Assembly (NCBI GenBank): GCA_032123435.1
Contig: JAQBFJ010000164.1
Coordinates: forward strand, 1-62,270
Length of the DNA stretch: 62,270 bases
DNA from: Verrucomicrobiota bacterium
Lineage (GTDB): Bacteria > Verrucomicrobiota > Kiritimatiellia > UBA8416 > JAQBFJ01
Direction: 5' to 3'
Shown here: piece by piece, positions 37,812 through 49,084 of the stretch
Layout of the letters: the number at the start of each line of letters is the position of its first letter
How positions within the stretch are numbered: the stretch's first letter is position 1
Made by a program: the position numbers and the translations under genes
The notes under the pieces: generated by a model
Seen by the model: only the letters and a program-made list of their open reading frames with translations
The model's database searches: none
What the model was told of the DNA's origin: nothing

Positions 37812-40800
37812 ATGTCCAACAACCCTACGGATCATGGTTGGTATATCAAAATGCCCGAAGGCCCGATTCACGGCCCTATAGACAAATCGCTTCTCGAAAT
37901 TTTGTCAGGAAACGGACGTATCGGCCCGCAATGCCAGCTCTCACAGGATAAAAAAAACTGGCAGCCTGCCAGTGATCTGCCGGAACTGAAAATGATCTGG
38001 ATCGTCGAACTGGAGGATGGATCAACATTCGGACCTTTTAACCTGCTCGGCGCACCGCATCTGCTGAAGAATACACCTATAGATCCTGCCGGGAATCTCA
38101 CCAACCGCAGTACCGGCGTATCTATCCCGTCCAGAAGCCTCTTGAAGCCTCTTTTACACGACAAAACGCCAACAACATCCCCGACACCAAAAACCACAGA
38201 TGCCCAAAACCAGCCTTCTATCGAAACAAACAGCCAAGTGCTGGAAGATTTGAAACGGCAGCTCGTCGAGCAAAGAAATCAATATTCCTCCATCGGTGAA
38301 GCCAGTCGCGAAAAAATAGACGTCATCTGCTCTCGTATAGATCATGTTCAGGCCAGTAAATTCAAACTGGAACTCGAAAAGAGAAAAATCGAAAAAGAAA
38401 AGTCAAAAGAGCAGAAAGCACTGCCACTGACCCAAAAAGAAAAATTATTCACACAACTGGACAAAAAAGTATCTTCATTGACCTCCGAAACCATGAAGAA
38501 AAATATCGAATACCAGGATCTGCAAACCAATTACGAACGATTGATAAACGAATTCAATAGATTGGAAAAGGAATTAGAAAGAGAACAATCAATTCATGCT
38601 GATTTGCGGGAAAAATCTTCAGTAGCAGAAAATGATCTCCAAGGACAAATTAACGCACTACAGACGGAAAACCAAACCATCACGGAAAAACTGCGGAATA
38701 CGCAACAATCTTTTGAGGAAATAAACACACAACACGTTAATCTGGTCAAAAGTATAAAAAAGGAAGATTTCAATCAGGATGAATTAAGCAGAAAAGTCCA
38801 AAAAAGCGCCGAACAGGCAGTCAGCCAGCTTAACGCGATCAAGCAGGAGTTTGAACAGGAGAAGAAACAGCATTCTGAAACCAGGAATGCCGCCTCAACA
38901 ACGGAAAGAACAACACAAAACGAATTAAAGCAGGCACGTCTTGTAGCCGACGCGTCAGCCCGAAAAGTACAATCGCTGGAAGCAAGGCTTTGTGGCAGAA
39001 TTGAGCCATCAGAACATGCTCAATCCACAGAAGAAATAAAGAGGCTTCGCACCGAAATCGAACGGCTCGAAAAAACGGCCAGACAGGCGCAAGAAAAACA
39101 TTCAGAAACAAAAGTATCTCTTGAAAAGGATAAAAATGATTTACAGCAAAAACTGGCCATGCTTCAAAAAGACGTTTCCAACACGGGGACACTCCAGCAG
39201 AAAAGTGAGGAATACAAGAAATCGCTGGATGCTGAACGGGTCCGTGCCAACACCTTGAAGAAAGAGCTTGAAGCTTTACAGGCATTACAGGAAAAACTGT
39301 TTTCCTCTCAGAAGGAACGCGAACAGAAAATCAAAGCCGATTTTAAGAAACAAGTTGAATCGGAACATTCACAACTTGTCGCGCGGATTGATGACCTGCA
39401 AAAGCAGTTGACTGACAATCAGGAAAAGATCAAACATGCCACTGACAAATTGAAACAGACGGAACAGCAATCATCGGCGAAGGAACAGCTGTTGACCAGT
39501 AACATAGCCGACATGAAAAAGAAAGCGGATGCCGTCGAAACTGCATTGCGCAACCTTGAAGACGCAAAGAAGACACAAGAGCAGGAATTCAATAATAAGA
39601 TCACGCAACTGCAAAAAGAACACGATGTCGGACTTAAGGCACAGGAATCCACTCTCGTTGATACGCAAAAGAAGCTGTCTGACTCGCGCACACTCCTTGA
39701 ATCCACAGTAAATCAGCATAAGGCTGAGATTGAAAAGCTGGCCCAGGCTAATGATTCTTTCAAGAACCGCATTCAAGAGCTTGACCGGCTCATGGCCGCC
39801 AAAGACAAGGAATTGGCAAATAATAAAGCGCGTCAGGATGAAACCATCCGCAAACACGAGAATCTTGATGCCAAATTAAAACAAATTCAATCAGAAATTG
39901 AAGAGAACAAAGCTCTGCATCAGAAAGAGATCGCCGAGAAAGACAGCTCTGCGCAGGTGCTTGAAGTTAAACTTACCAGGCAGGCAAAAGCTCAGCATAC
40001 AAGGCTCACTAATAAGATAGCACGGTTGGAAAAGGACCTCGACGAATCGTCAGGCATGCTTGGTCAGGCATCTGAAGAACTGACAAAGCAAAGGAAGCAG
40101 TTCCTGACAATGCAAACGCAGTTGGCTGATAAAGAAAAGGATCTCGCACAGCACCTTGCCGACTTGCAGGAAAAAACCAAGCGTGTGAAAGAAGAAGCGG
40201 AAAAGGCAGGAAAAGCAAAGGAAACGGAATATTCTAAACAAATTGAACAGCTTGCCAGCCGGGCAACCCTGGCGGAAAATGATAGTCAAGCCATCCGCAA
40301 GCAGATGTCCGAATTACAGAAACAGTCTGAATCAGCGGTTGTTGAATTGAATCGGGCAAAAACGCAATTGGCGAAGTTGCGGAAACAATCGGACGAAACG
40401 ACATCAGGCCGTAAAACTGGCGCACCCGTTGAATCGCGCGAAGAACAGGAAGAAGAGTGGTTCCTGCGTCTTGAAGACAAAACTGTTTACGGTCCCATTA
40501 AATTATCCGAGCTATGCAAATGGGCAGAGCAATGCCGAATTGCACCGGATCATGAAATTTCTCTGGACAAGAAACAATGGGTTCATCCGGAAACAGTTAA
40601 AGAACTGGAAATGAAATGGACGGTTGAACTCATCAACAACAGCATGTATGGACCAGTCAATATATTCGCGGCACTGGCCCTTTCCACCGATGGCGCTGTC
40701 AAACCAACGGGCAAACTGATCAATTCCGCAACTAAAGAAGAGTTTTCCATTGAAAAGCTGAACTCTATTATTATTTCCGAACTCCTTCAGAAGAATGAGC

Positions 40801-40961
40801 AATTAAAATCGGCTTTAAAAGAGAGCAATATGCTCATTGCTCAAATGAAAGAAGAAATGTTGGCCGCGCAACAGGTTCCTGCCGCTCCGGCTTTGCCGCC
40901 CAAAACCGTATTGCGCGGAGTTTCTTCCTTGATAGAAAACAGGGGAAACGTTAAAGAGTAG
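37812..40961 (+). CDS. Giant coiled-coil protein flanked by duplicated GYF_2-like modules
   Basis: 1049 aa. N-terminus WYIKMPEGPIHGPI...KKNWQPASDLPELKMIWIVELEDGSTFGP. C-terminus WFLRLEDKTVYGPI...KKQWVHPETVKELEMKWTVELINNSMYGP. About 730 aa of K/E/Q-rich heptad-like sequence lie between them. Confidence 0.75.
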   Translation: MSNNPTDHGWYIKMPEGPIHGPIDKSLLEILSGNGRIGPQCQLSQDKKNWQPASDLPELKMIWIVELEDGSTFGPFNLLGAPHLLKNTPIDPAGNLTNRSTGVSIPSRSLLKPLLHDKTPTTSPTPKTTDAQNQPSIETNSQVLEDLKRQLVEQRNQYSSIGEASREKIDVICSRIDHVQASKFKLELEKRKIEKEKSKEQKALPLTQKEKLFTQLDKKVSSLTSETMKKNIEYQDLQTNYERLINEFNRLEKELEREQSIHADLREKSSVAENDLQGQINALQTENQTITEKLRNTQQSFEEINTQHVNLVKSIKKEDFNQDELSRKVQKSAEQAVSQLNAIKQEFEQEKKQHSETRNAASTTERTTQNELKQARLVADASARKVQSLEARLCGRIEPSEHAQSTEEIKRLRTEIERLEKTARQAQEKHSETKVSLEKDKNDLQQKLAMLQKDVSNTGTLQQKSEEYKKSLDAERVRANTLKKELEALQALQEKLFSSQKEREQKIKADFKKQVESEHSQLVARIDDLQKQLTDNQEKIKHATDKLKQTEQQSSAKEQLLTSNIADMKKKADAVETALRNLEDAKKTQEQEFNNKITQLQKEHDVGLKAQESTLVDTQKKLSDSRTLLESTVNQHKAEIEKLAQANDSFKNRIQELDRLMAAKDKELANNKARQDETIRKHENLDAKLKQIQSEIEENKALHQKEIAEKDSSAQVLEVKLTRQAKAQHTRLTNKIARLEKDLDESSGMLGQASEELTKQRKQFLTMQTQLADKEKDLAQHLADLQEKTKRVKEEAEKAGKAKETEYSKQIEQLASRATLAENDSQAIRKQMSELQKQSESAVVELNRAKTQLAKLRKQSDETTSGRKTGAPVESREEQEEEWFLRLEDKTVYGPIKLSELCKWAEQCRIAPDHEISLDKKQWVHPETVKELEMKWTVELINNSMYGPVNIFAALALSTDGAVKPTGKLINSATKEEFSIEKLNSIIISELLQKNEQLKSALKESNMLIAQMKEEMLAAQQVPAAPALPPKTVLRGVSSLIENRGNVKE

Positions 40962-40986
40962 CTGGCACATCATCAGGAGAATAAAC

Positions 40987-41976
40987 ATGGAGAACGAACA
41001 GGCTGACGCAACACATGATAACCAGGAACAAAATGCTGATTACTCCGAAACGGATCCAATCAAGCAGGATGATACTGAATCAACGAAGGATGATAAATTT
41101 ATCCGCATAACAAAAAAGGCTATTTCATCAACAGAAAAGATAATCGAAGAATCGTACAAAAAAGCCAAAAGCGCAAGCCGGGCATGGAGCTTTGATCCTA
41201 ATGTAAGTATTAAATTTCTTGATCGCCTGTTGAACTGGGCCCGGACCATGTTTCCTGCTGAAAAGTTCGAGTCACTTGCCGCCTGGTGCATACGATACGG
41301 ACATGCCGCGTTTGTAGTAGCTCAAGTATTGGCATTGCTTTTCTTCCTCGCCGCTGCCTTCAAACTCTCCAATTGGGTATACCTGTTGTGTGGTATCGGT
41401 TTTGCGATATTCCTGGCTATTTTACAGTATACAGCGAACAAATTTCTTAATGCAGGCCCATCCCTGATCCAGTCGTCCCCCAGCAAGCTGGGATCGGATG
41501 CGTTTCCGGACTGCCTGGCACTGCTTGTTGAAGTTGCCGGTATCCTGATTTTTCTAAAGTTCACGCTTGATGCCAGAATAGAGCACCAATGGAATCTGGT
41601 TCTTGTAGGCCTTGGTATCTGGGCGCTTTGCGAATCCGTGGCATACGTGGCTCTTAACCCTAAAATGGTCAATATATCCATTTCCAATAAAATAAGTGCA
41701 GGCGAAGAGGCTATTGGCATATTGTCATTTTTTGTCAAAGCCATGGTTAGAATTGTCCCAATAGCCTTTGGTATTGGGACAATTATAGGCAATTTAGCCC
41801 TGCTTTTCGCAATATTCACACCCATGAGCGGCGGATTGCCTGTTGCTGGAATATCTGCCCTGGGCTTGATAATAGCATGCGGCTGTCTTCCCTTTGCTTC
41901 CTATGTGATTTTTGCCTTTTATCACTTAATTTTGGACATTTTACAGTCAATTCTGGGCAAGAATCAGAAAGATTAG
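40987..41976 (+). CDS. Hypothetical polytopic membrane protein with acidic N-terminus
   Basis: AGGAG Shine-Dalgarno, 25 bp after the coiled-coil gene. Acidic first ~90 aa, then about 5-6 hydrophobic helices. No family recognised. Confidence 0.6.
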   Translation: MENEQADATHDNQEQNADYSETDPIKQDDTESTKDDKFIRITKKAISSTEKIIEESYKKAKSASRAWSFDPNVSIKFLDRLLNWARTMFPAEKFESLAAWCIRYGHAAFVVAQVLALLFFLAAAFKLSNWVYLLCGIGFAIFLAILQYTANKFLNAGPSLIQSSPSKLGSDAFPDCLALLVEVAGILIFLKFTLDARIEHQWNLVLVGLGIWALCESVAYVALNPKMVNISISNKISAGEEAIGILSFFVKAMVRIVPIAFGIGTIIGNLALLFAIFTPMSGGLPVAGISALGLIIACGCLPFASYVIFAFYHLILDILQSILGKNQKD

Positions 41977-42183
41977 AACGATCGGTGAATCGGCCCTATA
42001 CGCCACACACTGTTTCCTCAAGTGCTTGATTGTCAGGCACTTAAGCGTTTTCTGTCCATTTATTTTCAAAAAACATCTTATGCCCGCCAAAACTATTGAC
42101 ACTCTCTCCGTTTTGATCTAGGGTTTTGTTGCATATATGACAGATCTGTAGCCATGGGCAAGAAGGGAGTGTGATAATAACCC

Positions 42184-42375
42184 GTGATCCAAGTTAAAGT
42201 TAAAAGAGGCGAAACTGTAGAAAAGGCTTTAAAACGTCTTAAGAAAGTTTTGGATAAAGAAGGCATGATGAAGCAGTATCGTGCCAGTCGTTATTTCGAG
42301 AAACCAAGCGAAAAAAAGCGGAAAAAGTCAGCTCGTGCGCGAGCACGGCTTGCAATGGAGGCTTCTTCCTCATAA
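42184..42375 (+). CDS. rpsU: 30S ribosomal protein S21
   Basis: IQVKVKRGETVEKALKRLKKVLDKEGMMKQYRASRYFEKPSEKKRKK is a typical S21. GTG start immediately after an in-frame stop. Confidence 0.9.
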   Translation: MIQVKVKRGETVEKALKRLKKVLDKEGMMKQYRASRYFEKPSEKKRKKSARARARLAMEASSS

Positions 42376-42539
42376 GTATTTTATTTTGAGCAACACTACT
42401 TACCACGATTGCTCGGATGTGATAAGCTCTCTGGCCTGCACGGTCAGGGAGCTTTTTCACGTGTTCCGTTTCAAAAGGAACACAGCACCTGCAAGCAGAA
42501 TTACAGGCTAAATGCCTTCAAGAAGAGGTTTACTGATAT

Positions 42540-44461
<1,922 letters not shown>

Positions 44462-44504
44462 AAGATCATTCCTCAGCCATAAGTCATATTACAGGAAAAC
44501 AAAA

Positions 44505-45434
44505 ATGCATGTTCTTGTTACAGGAGCTGGTGGATTCGCGGGGAGACATCTGGTATCACTCCTGACCGAAAAAGGTCATAATGTCATTGCCCTTGACGCT
44601 CAATTCATATCGCCTCTGCCTGAAACCGGGTCAGTTCAGATTATTTCGGCCGATCTCACTGACGCGCGGGAAATAGAAAAAGTTGTTTTATCATCTAAAC
44701 CGGATGCCTGCGTTCATCTTGGCGCCATTTCATTTGTGCCTGACGGTCTATCTAATCCCGACAGGATGCTCTCTGTTAATATCCGCGGCACAATGAACGT
44801 TTTAAACGCGTTCCAGAAACACGCACGAACCGCAAGGATTCTTGTGGTTTCAACTTCACAGGTCTACGGTTCGACAACTGAACCGAAACCAATAACCGAA
44901 GATGCCCCTCTTCTACCTGTGAACATGTACGGCATATCCAAGGCAGCAGCTGATATCGCAGCGCTTGCCTGCGCGAAAAAGGACAAAATGCATATTGTAA
45001 CCGTACGCCCCAGCAATCATACTGGGCCCGGACAATCACCCATGTTCGTTATCCCTTCATTCGTCAGCCAACTGATGGCCATAAAGAGCGGCAAGCAGAA
45101 ACCTGTAATACTGGTCGGGAATCTTGAAAGCGTTCGGAACTTTGCTGACGTTCGGGATATAGTGCATGCCTATGTTTTACTGCTCGAAAAAGGCAGGAAC
45201 GGGCAGGCTTACAATGTTTCTGCCAACAACGCTTTGAAAATCAGCGTCATCCTCGACACACTATGTGATCTTACAGGAATAAAACCTGAACTTAAAGTTG
45301 ATCCAGAAAAAGTAAGGCCTACTGATAAAGCTCCTTTTCTTGACATCACGAAACTGATAAAAGACACAGCTTGGCAGACCAGAATTCCTTTCATGGAAAC
45401 ATTACGCGATATGATTACCGAGGCGGCTGAATGA
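44505..45434 (+). CDS. rmd: NAD-dependent epimerase/dehydratase, GDP-4-dehydro-6-deoxy-D-mannose reductase (Rmd)-like
   Basis: VLVTGAGGFAGRHL, YGISKAAAD (YxxxK), RPSNHTGPGQ and VGNLESVRNFADVRDI parallel Rmd-type reductases. Located directly after gmd. Confidence 0.7.
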   Translation: MHVLVTGAGGFAGRHLVSLLTEKGHNVIALDAQFISPLPETGSVQIISADLTDAREIEKVVLSSKPDACVHLGAISFVPDGLSNPDRMLSVNIRGTMNVLNAFQKHARTARILVVSTSQVYGSTTEPKPITEDAPLLPVNMYGISKAAADIAALACAKKDKMHIVTVRPSNHTGPGQSPMFVIPSFVSQLMAIKSGKQKPVILVGNLESVRNFADVRDIVHAYVLLLEKGRNGQAYNVSANNALKISVILDTLCDLTGIKPELKVDPEKVRPTDKAPFLDITKLIKDTAWQTRIPFMETLRDMITEAAE

Positions 45435-46504
45435 AAAGAAAAATAACTTCCTTAATACAACTGATTATCGGGATCGCTATAATCGCGTTTATCTTTATCA
45501 GAATGGAAAACAAGGAAAAACTGGTTGATGCTGTCAATGCCGCGGCAGGTCACTGGCCACTCCTGCTGGCCGGGTCGGCTGCAAGCCTGTTGTGCCTGAC
45601 GATCAGCGCCATAAGATGGAAGCTTCTTCTTGACGCTCAGGGCATGGAACTGCCGTTTGGTCGCATAGCTTCATTGTATCTCATAGGCCACTTCTTTAAC
45701 GCGTTCATGCCCGGCGCAGTGGGCGGAGATGTCGTCAAAGCCTATTATGTAGCCAAAGAAACAGATCATAAAAAAGCCCAAGCGGTTGCCACTGTTTTTA
45801 TAGATCGACTGATTGGACTTCTTGCCCTCATCATGCTCTGTACGGTGGTAATGAGCGTACGCCTGCCTTTCTTCATGCAATACCGTGAAACAAGAATAGC
45901 CCTCTTTTTTAATGCAGGCTTGTTCCTGGGCACATCGGCCGTATTGTTTATCGTGTTCCGCAAAAATATCTTTGAATGCTGGCCTTTCTTTAAAAGACTG
46001 GAAGAAAATACTTCGCTTGGACGCATAATAAGCAAAATCTATAACGCATTCCATATCTGCCTTAAACATCCAGGCCTCCTTACAAAAACCATTCTGCTGT
46101 CCGTTATCAATCATGTCTCCCTTGTTGTATGCGCCTTCTTCATGGGCATGGCCCTGAATATAACATGTATGTCTTTCATGGATTACCTGGCTCTCTTTCT
46201 TATCATAAATGCTATTGCCGCAATACCCGCAACACCAGGCGGATTGGGCACACGTGAAGTGGCAACAAAATTTCTACTCGGCATAATGGGTGTGCCTGAA
46301 ACATCCGCCATTCCGCTTTCATTGCTTGTTTATGGATCACTCTTTTTCTGGAGCATAATTGGCGGAATAATCTACATAGGTTATTCTTCCAAACAGGGCA
46401 AGCCGCCCATGGAACTCATGCTCGATCAGGACCAGAACAGCTCTTTAACCCAGCAAGAATCCGTCTGGCAAGAACAGGCAGACCCGGATCACGCGCGCCC
46501 ATGA
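45431..46504 (+). CDS. UPF0104 / lysylphosphatidylglycerol-synthase-TM-region family (flippase-like) membrane protein
   Basis: ATGA overlap with the rmd stop. Signature LIGHFFNAFMPGAVGGDVVKAYYVAKE and PGGLGTREV. About 8 TM helices. Confidence 0.7.
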   Translation: MKRKITSLIQLIIGIAIIAFIFIRMENKEKLVDAVNAAAGHWPLLLAGSAASLLCLTISAIRWKLLLDAQGMELPFGRIASLYLIGHFFNAFMPGAVGGDVVKAYYVAKETDHKKAQAVATVFIDRLIGLLALIMLCTVVMSVRLPFFMQYRETRIALFFNAGLFLGTSAVLFIVFRKNIFECWPFFKRLEENTSLGRIISKIYNAFHICLKHPGLLTKTILLSVINHVSLVVCAFFMGMALNITCMSFMDYLALFLIINAIAAIPATPGGLGTREVATKFLLGIMGVPETSAIPLSLLVYGSLFFWSIIGGIIYIGYSSKQGKPPMELMLDQDQNSSLTQQESVWQEQADPDHARP

Positions 46505-47750
46505 TCAAAACAACGTCGCCCGCGGCGGCATTGCCGACGACCCGCTTAACGACATCATCCTCATTACCAGCCAACTTCACGGCAATACCGAGGGCCTCCA
46601 GTTTTCGGGCAAGATCGTCCGAATTGACGCTTCTATCGGCGGTGCCGCCGGCATCATAGACAGGAAGCAGATATAACATATCCTCCTCGCGACAGAGCCT
46701 GCTGAATGTCGCCGTCAAATCATTCATCATATTTCGTAATGGACCAAAACCATGAGGACGCCAAACGCCTATAATACGTCTGTGATACGGCGCTATTGTC
46801 TGCCAGGTTGCGGCAATTTTCGCCGGGTTATGAGCGTAATCGTCAATCACCATAACGTTGCCGTCACTGCCAATCACCTCAAGCCGCCTTTCTATCCCCC
46901 GGAATAAAGCCAGAGCACGGGCAATCTTTTCAGGAGCAATGCCCTGCCCCACGCAAAAAATCACGGTCAGAAACGCGTTCTCCGCATTATGCAGGCCAGG
47001 AACACATATCCTGAAAAGTGTGTCATCATATACGAACGTACTGCCATCGGCTGAAAGACTGGGGTTGAAATCATTAAAATAATCAGACCCATTTATAAGC
47101 CCCTTTTTTACTTGTCCGCTGAAAACCTTGAAAAGTTCTGTTGTCTCCTGAATATCAAAATGGTCTTTTGATATATTGGTAATAATGCCCCAGTCAGGAC
47201 TGAACTCCAAAAGCGAACGGTCACTTTCATCCGCTTCAAGTATCCATGGCCCGTTCCCGCACCTGACATTGCCGATAGTCCGGTCGTTACACCAATTTAG
47301 AACGGTCCCGCCATTAACCACGGCAGGATCAAGACCCGCCTGCTCAAACACCCATCCTATCATGCCGGTAACAGTGCTTTTACCGGAAGTGCCGGTAACC
47401 GCTATGCAGGTCCTGTCGCCGCAGAGCCGGGCAAGCATTCTGGCGCGATGAATCACCTGAATGCCCATTTCCTTTGCTCTGAGAATATCAGGGTTTTGAT
47501 CTTCTATTGCCGTGCTGACGATTGCCGCTTTTGTTTCGCTTGTTATGCCCGTTCCATTCTGTGCAACAAGTCGGACACCAGCCAGCTTAAGTTTGCGAAT
47601 GACCTCCATATCTTCGTTACGGTCATAATGCCTGTCCGAGCCGGACACTGAATATCCTTCGGAAATCAAAGCCTGCGCCAACGCGTTCATCCCGACACCG
47701 GCAATCCCAATCAAATGATAATGACCACCATCAGTCATAATGCTCCTCAA
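46416..47750 (-). CDS. Mur ligase family protein, MurC (UDP-N-acetylmuramate--L-alanine ligase)-like
   Basis: HLIGIAGVGMNALAQALISEGYSVSGSD, P-loop AVTGTSGKSTVTGM, GLHNAENA, FRGIERRLE and DDYAHNPAKI. Its 3' end overlaps the convergent upstream-strand gene by 89 bp. Confidence 0.75.
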   Translation of the reverse strand: MRSIMTDGGHYHLIGIAGVGMNALAQALISEGYSVSGSDRHYDRNEDMEVIRKLKLAGVRLVAQNGTGITSETKAAIVSTAIEDQNPDILRAKEMGIQVIHRARMLARLCGDRTCIAVTGTSGKSTVTGMIGWVFEQAGLDPAVVNGGTVLNWCNDRTIGNVRCGNGPWILEADESDRSLLEFSPDWGIITNISKDHFDIQETTELFKVFSGQVKKGLINGSDYFNDFNPSLSADGSTFVYDDTLFRICVPGLHNAENAFLTVIFCVGQGIAPEKIARALALFRGIERRLEVIGSDGNVMVIDDYAHNPAKIAATWQTIAPYHRRIIGVWRPHGFGPLRNMMNDLTATFSRLCREEDMLYLLPVYDAGGTADRSVNSDDLARKLEALGIAVKLAGNEDDVVKRVVGNAAAGDVVLIMGARDPGLPVLARRILAGLKSCSGPDRA

Positions 47751-47803
47751 TACCTGATCGCAAGCTGACCTTCAGCATTCTCTTATTAATGCAATAAATG
47801 GAA

Positions 47804-48160
47804 TTAACCTTTCTTGCGCCTGATCTCGACTGCCACGCTTCTTGCCTCGACAAGTGCTTCAGGCTTATCAACCGTCACCGTAACGGCCGTTACCCGCTCA
47901 CGCCGCAGGCAAATTTCTGCTATTCTATCAGCCAGTCTTTCTATGAGAAAATATTCGCTTTGTTCCACAAAAGAGATTATTTCATTTTTGAGATCCATGT
48001 AGTTAACGGTACTATCCAGCCGATCTGATTCGCCCGCAGGCGCGAGATCGCATTCAAGCACCAGATTAAGCACTATTTTCTGCTTACCGTGCCGCTCTTC
48101 CACCTTTGTTCCTATGACACATTCTGTTTCCAAGTCTCTTATATACATTTTATCTGTCAC
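47804..48160 (-). CDS. folB: Dihydroneopterin aldolase
   Basis: 118 aa. IRDLETECVIGTKVEERHGKQKIVLNLVLECDL and VNYMDLKNEIISFVEQSEYFLIERLA are the typical FolB layout. Confidence 0.85.
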   Translation of the reverse strand: MTDKMYIRDLETECVIGTKVEERHGKQKIVLNLVLECDLAPAGESDRLDSTVNYMDLKNEIISFVEQSEYFLIERLADRIAEICLRRERVTAVTVTVDKPEALVEARSVAVEIRRKKG

Positions 48161-48212
48161 AATAAGACCTCTTCTTTTATTTGTTTTTATCCCGAATTCA
48201 CAGTGTTAACGG

Positions 48213-49028
48213 TTATTCCCTATTCAAATGCTGGCCGCCATCCACAAATATTGTATGACCGGTTATATAATCTGATTCCAGCAAAAAAACAACCGCGCAT
48301 GCAATATCTTCCGGCATACATCCTGCCCCAAGCGGCACTGGCCCGGCCATATCTTTGACACCGCTTTCACCCGAAGGCGCCAAAACCGCGCCAGGCGCCA
48401 CACCGTTAACCCTGATATACGGAGCCAACTCCATCGCGGCTGTTTTCGTGAATTCAGCAAGCATATTTTTGGATACAAGGTAAGGTAGACAATCAAGTCC
48501 AGCGCCTGCAATTCTTCTGTCAAGCAGGTTGACTACAGCCGCTCTACTTACCTGCCTTCCAGCACATTTATTCAGCATGCCTTTCCCCTGTCCACAGTAC
48601 AATCCGTTCTCGTCCTTGCATATGCCCATTTTCTCAGCCAGCGCGAAAGTAAGACGCATCGGAGCCATGAAATTTATCATCAATTCCGTCATTAGCGCTT
48701 CTTCTGTAGCCGACATCAGCGAATCCTTATGAAATACTGCGGCGTTATTGATCAGAACATCTATTCCGTTGGCTTTTTCCCACGCTTCCTCAAGAACCCG
48801 CCTGCAGATTTCGCGCGAGGTCAAATCACCATTTACTACAAACGCGCGCGTATTTTTATGACGAAGAGCGCGAACAAGCTCATCGGCTTTATCCTGAGAC
48901 GCATTACAATGTACGACTATATCACAGCCCTGGGCCGCGAGTGCTTCGCAAATTGCGCGCCCGATCCTGACTGCCCCGCCTGTTACAAGCACTTTACATG
49001 ATCGAAGATTCATTCCGATTCTTACCAT
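48213..49028 (-). CDS. SDR family oxidoreductase, pteridine-reductase-like
   Basis: VLVTGGAVRIGRAI, NNAA, YLVSK (YxxxK) and VNGVAPG. Located directly upstream of folB. Contains a ~30-aa Cys/Gly-rich insert. Confidence 0.75.
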   Translation of the reverse strand: MVRIGMNLRSCKVLVTGGAVRIGRAICEALAAQGCDIVVHCNASQDKADELVRALRHKNTRAFVVNGDLTSREICRRVLEEAWEKANGIDVLINNAAVFHKDSLMSATEEALMTELMINFMAPMRLTFALAEKMGICKDENGLYCGQGKGMLNKCAGRQVSRAAVVNLLDRRIAGAGLDCLPYLVSKNMLAEFTKTAAMELAPYIRVNGVAPGAVLAPSGESGVKDMAGPVPLGAGCMPEDIACAVVFLLESDYITGHTIFVDGGQHLNRE

Positions 49029-49084
49029 TTGGTAGATAAATATTCAGTTGCACAATGTTTCTATATTATGCATAATCCCAGTTC

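Noticed and set aside
38839-39285. Several 60-150-aa antisense ORFs within the coiled-coil gene
   Set aside because: They are expected by-products of K/E/Q-rich codon repeats, which read as L/F/S-rich antisense. No independent support exists.
42455-42483. parS-like half match (TTTCACGTG) downstream of rpsU, overlapping a 7-bp hairpin GTGTTCC...GGAACAC
   Set aside because: The second half-site (AAACA) is missing, so it is not the palindromic parS consensus. I found no full parS in the window. The hairpin lacks a T-tract, so it is only a weak terminator candidate.
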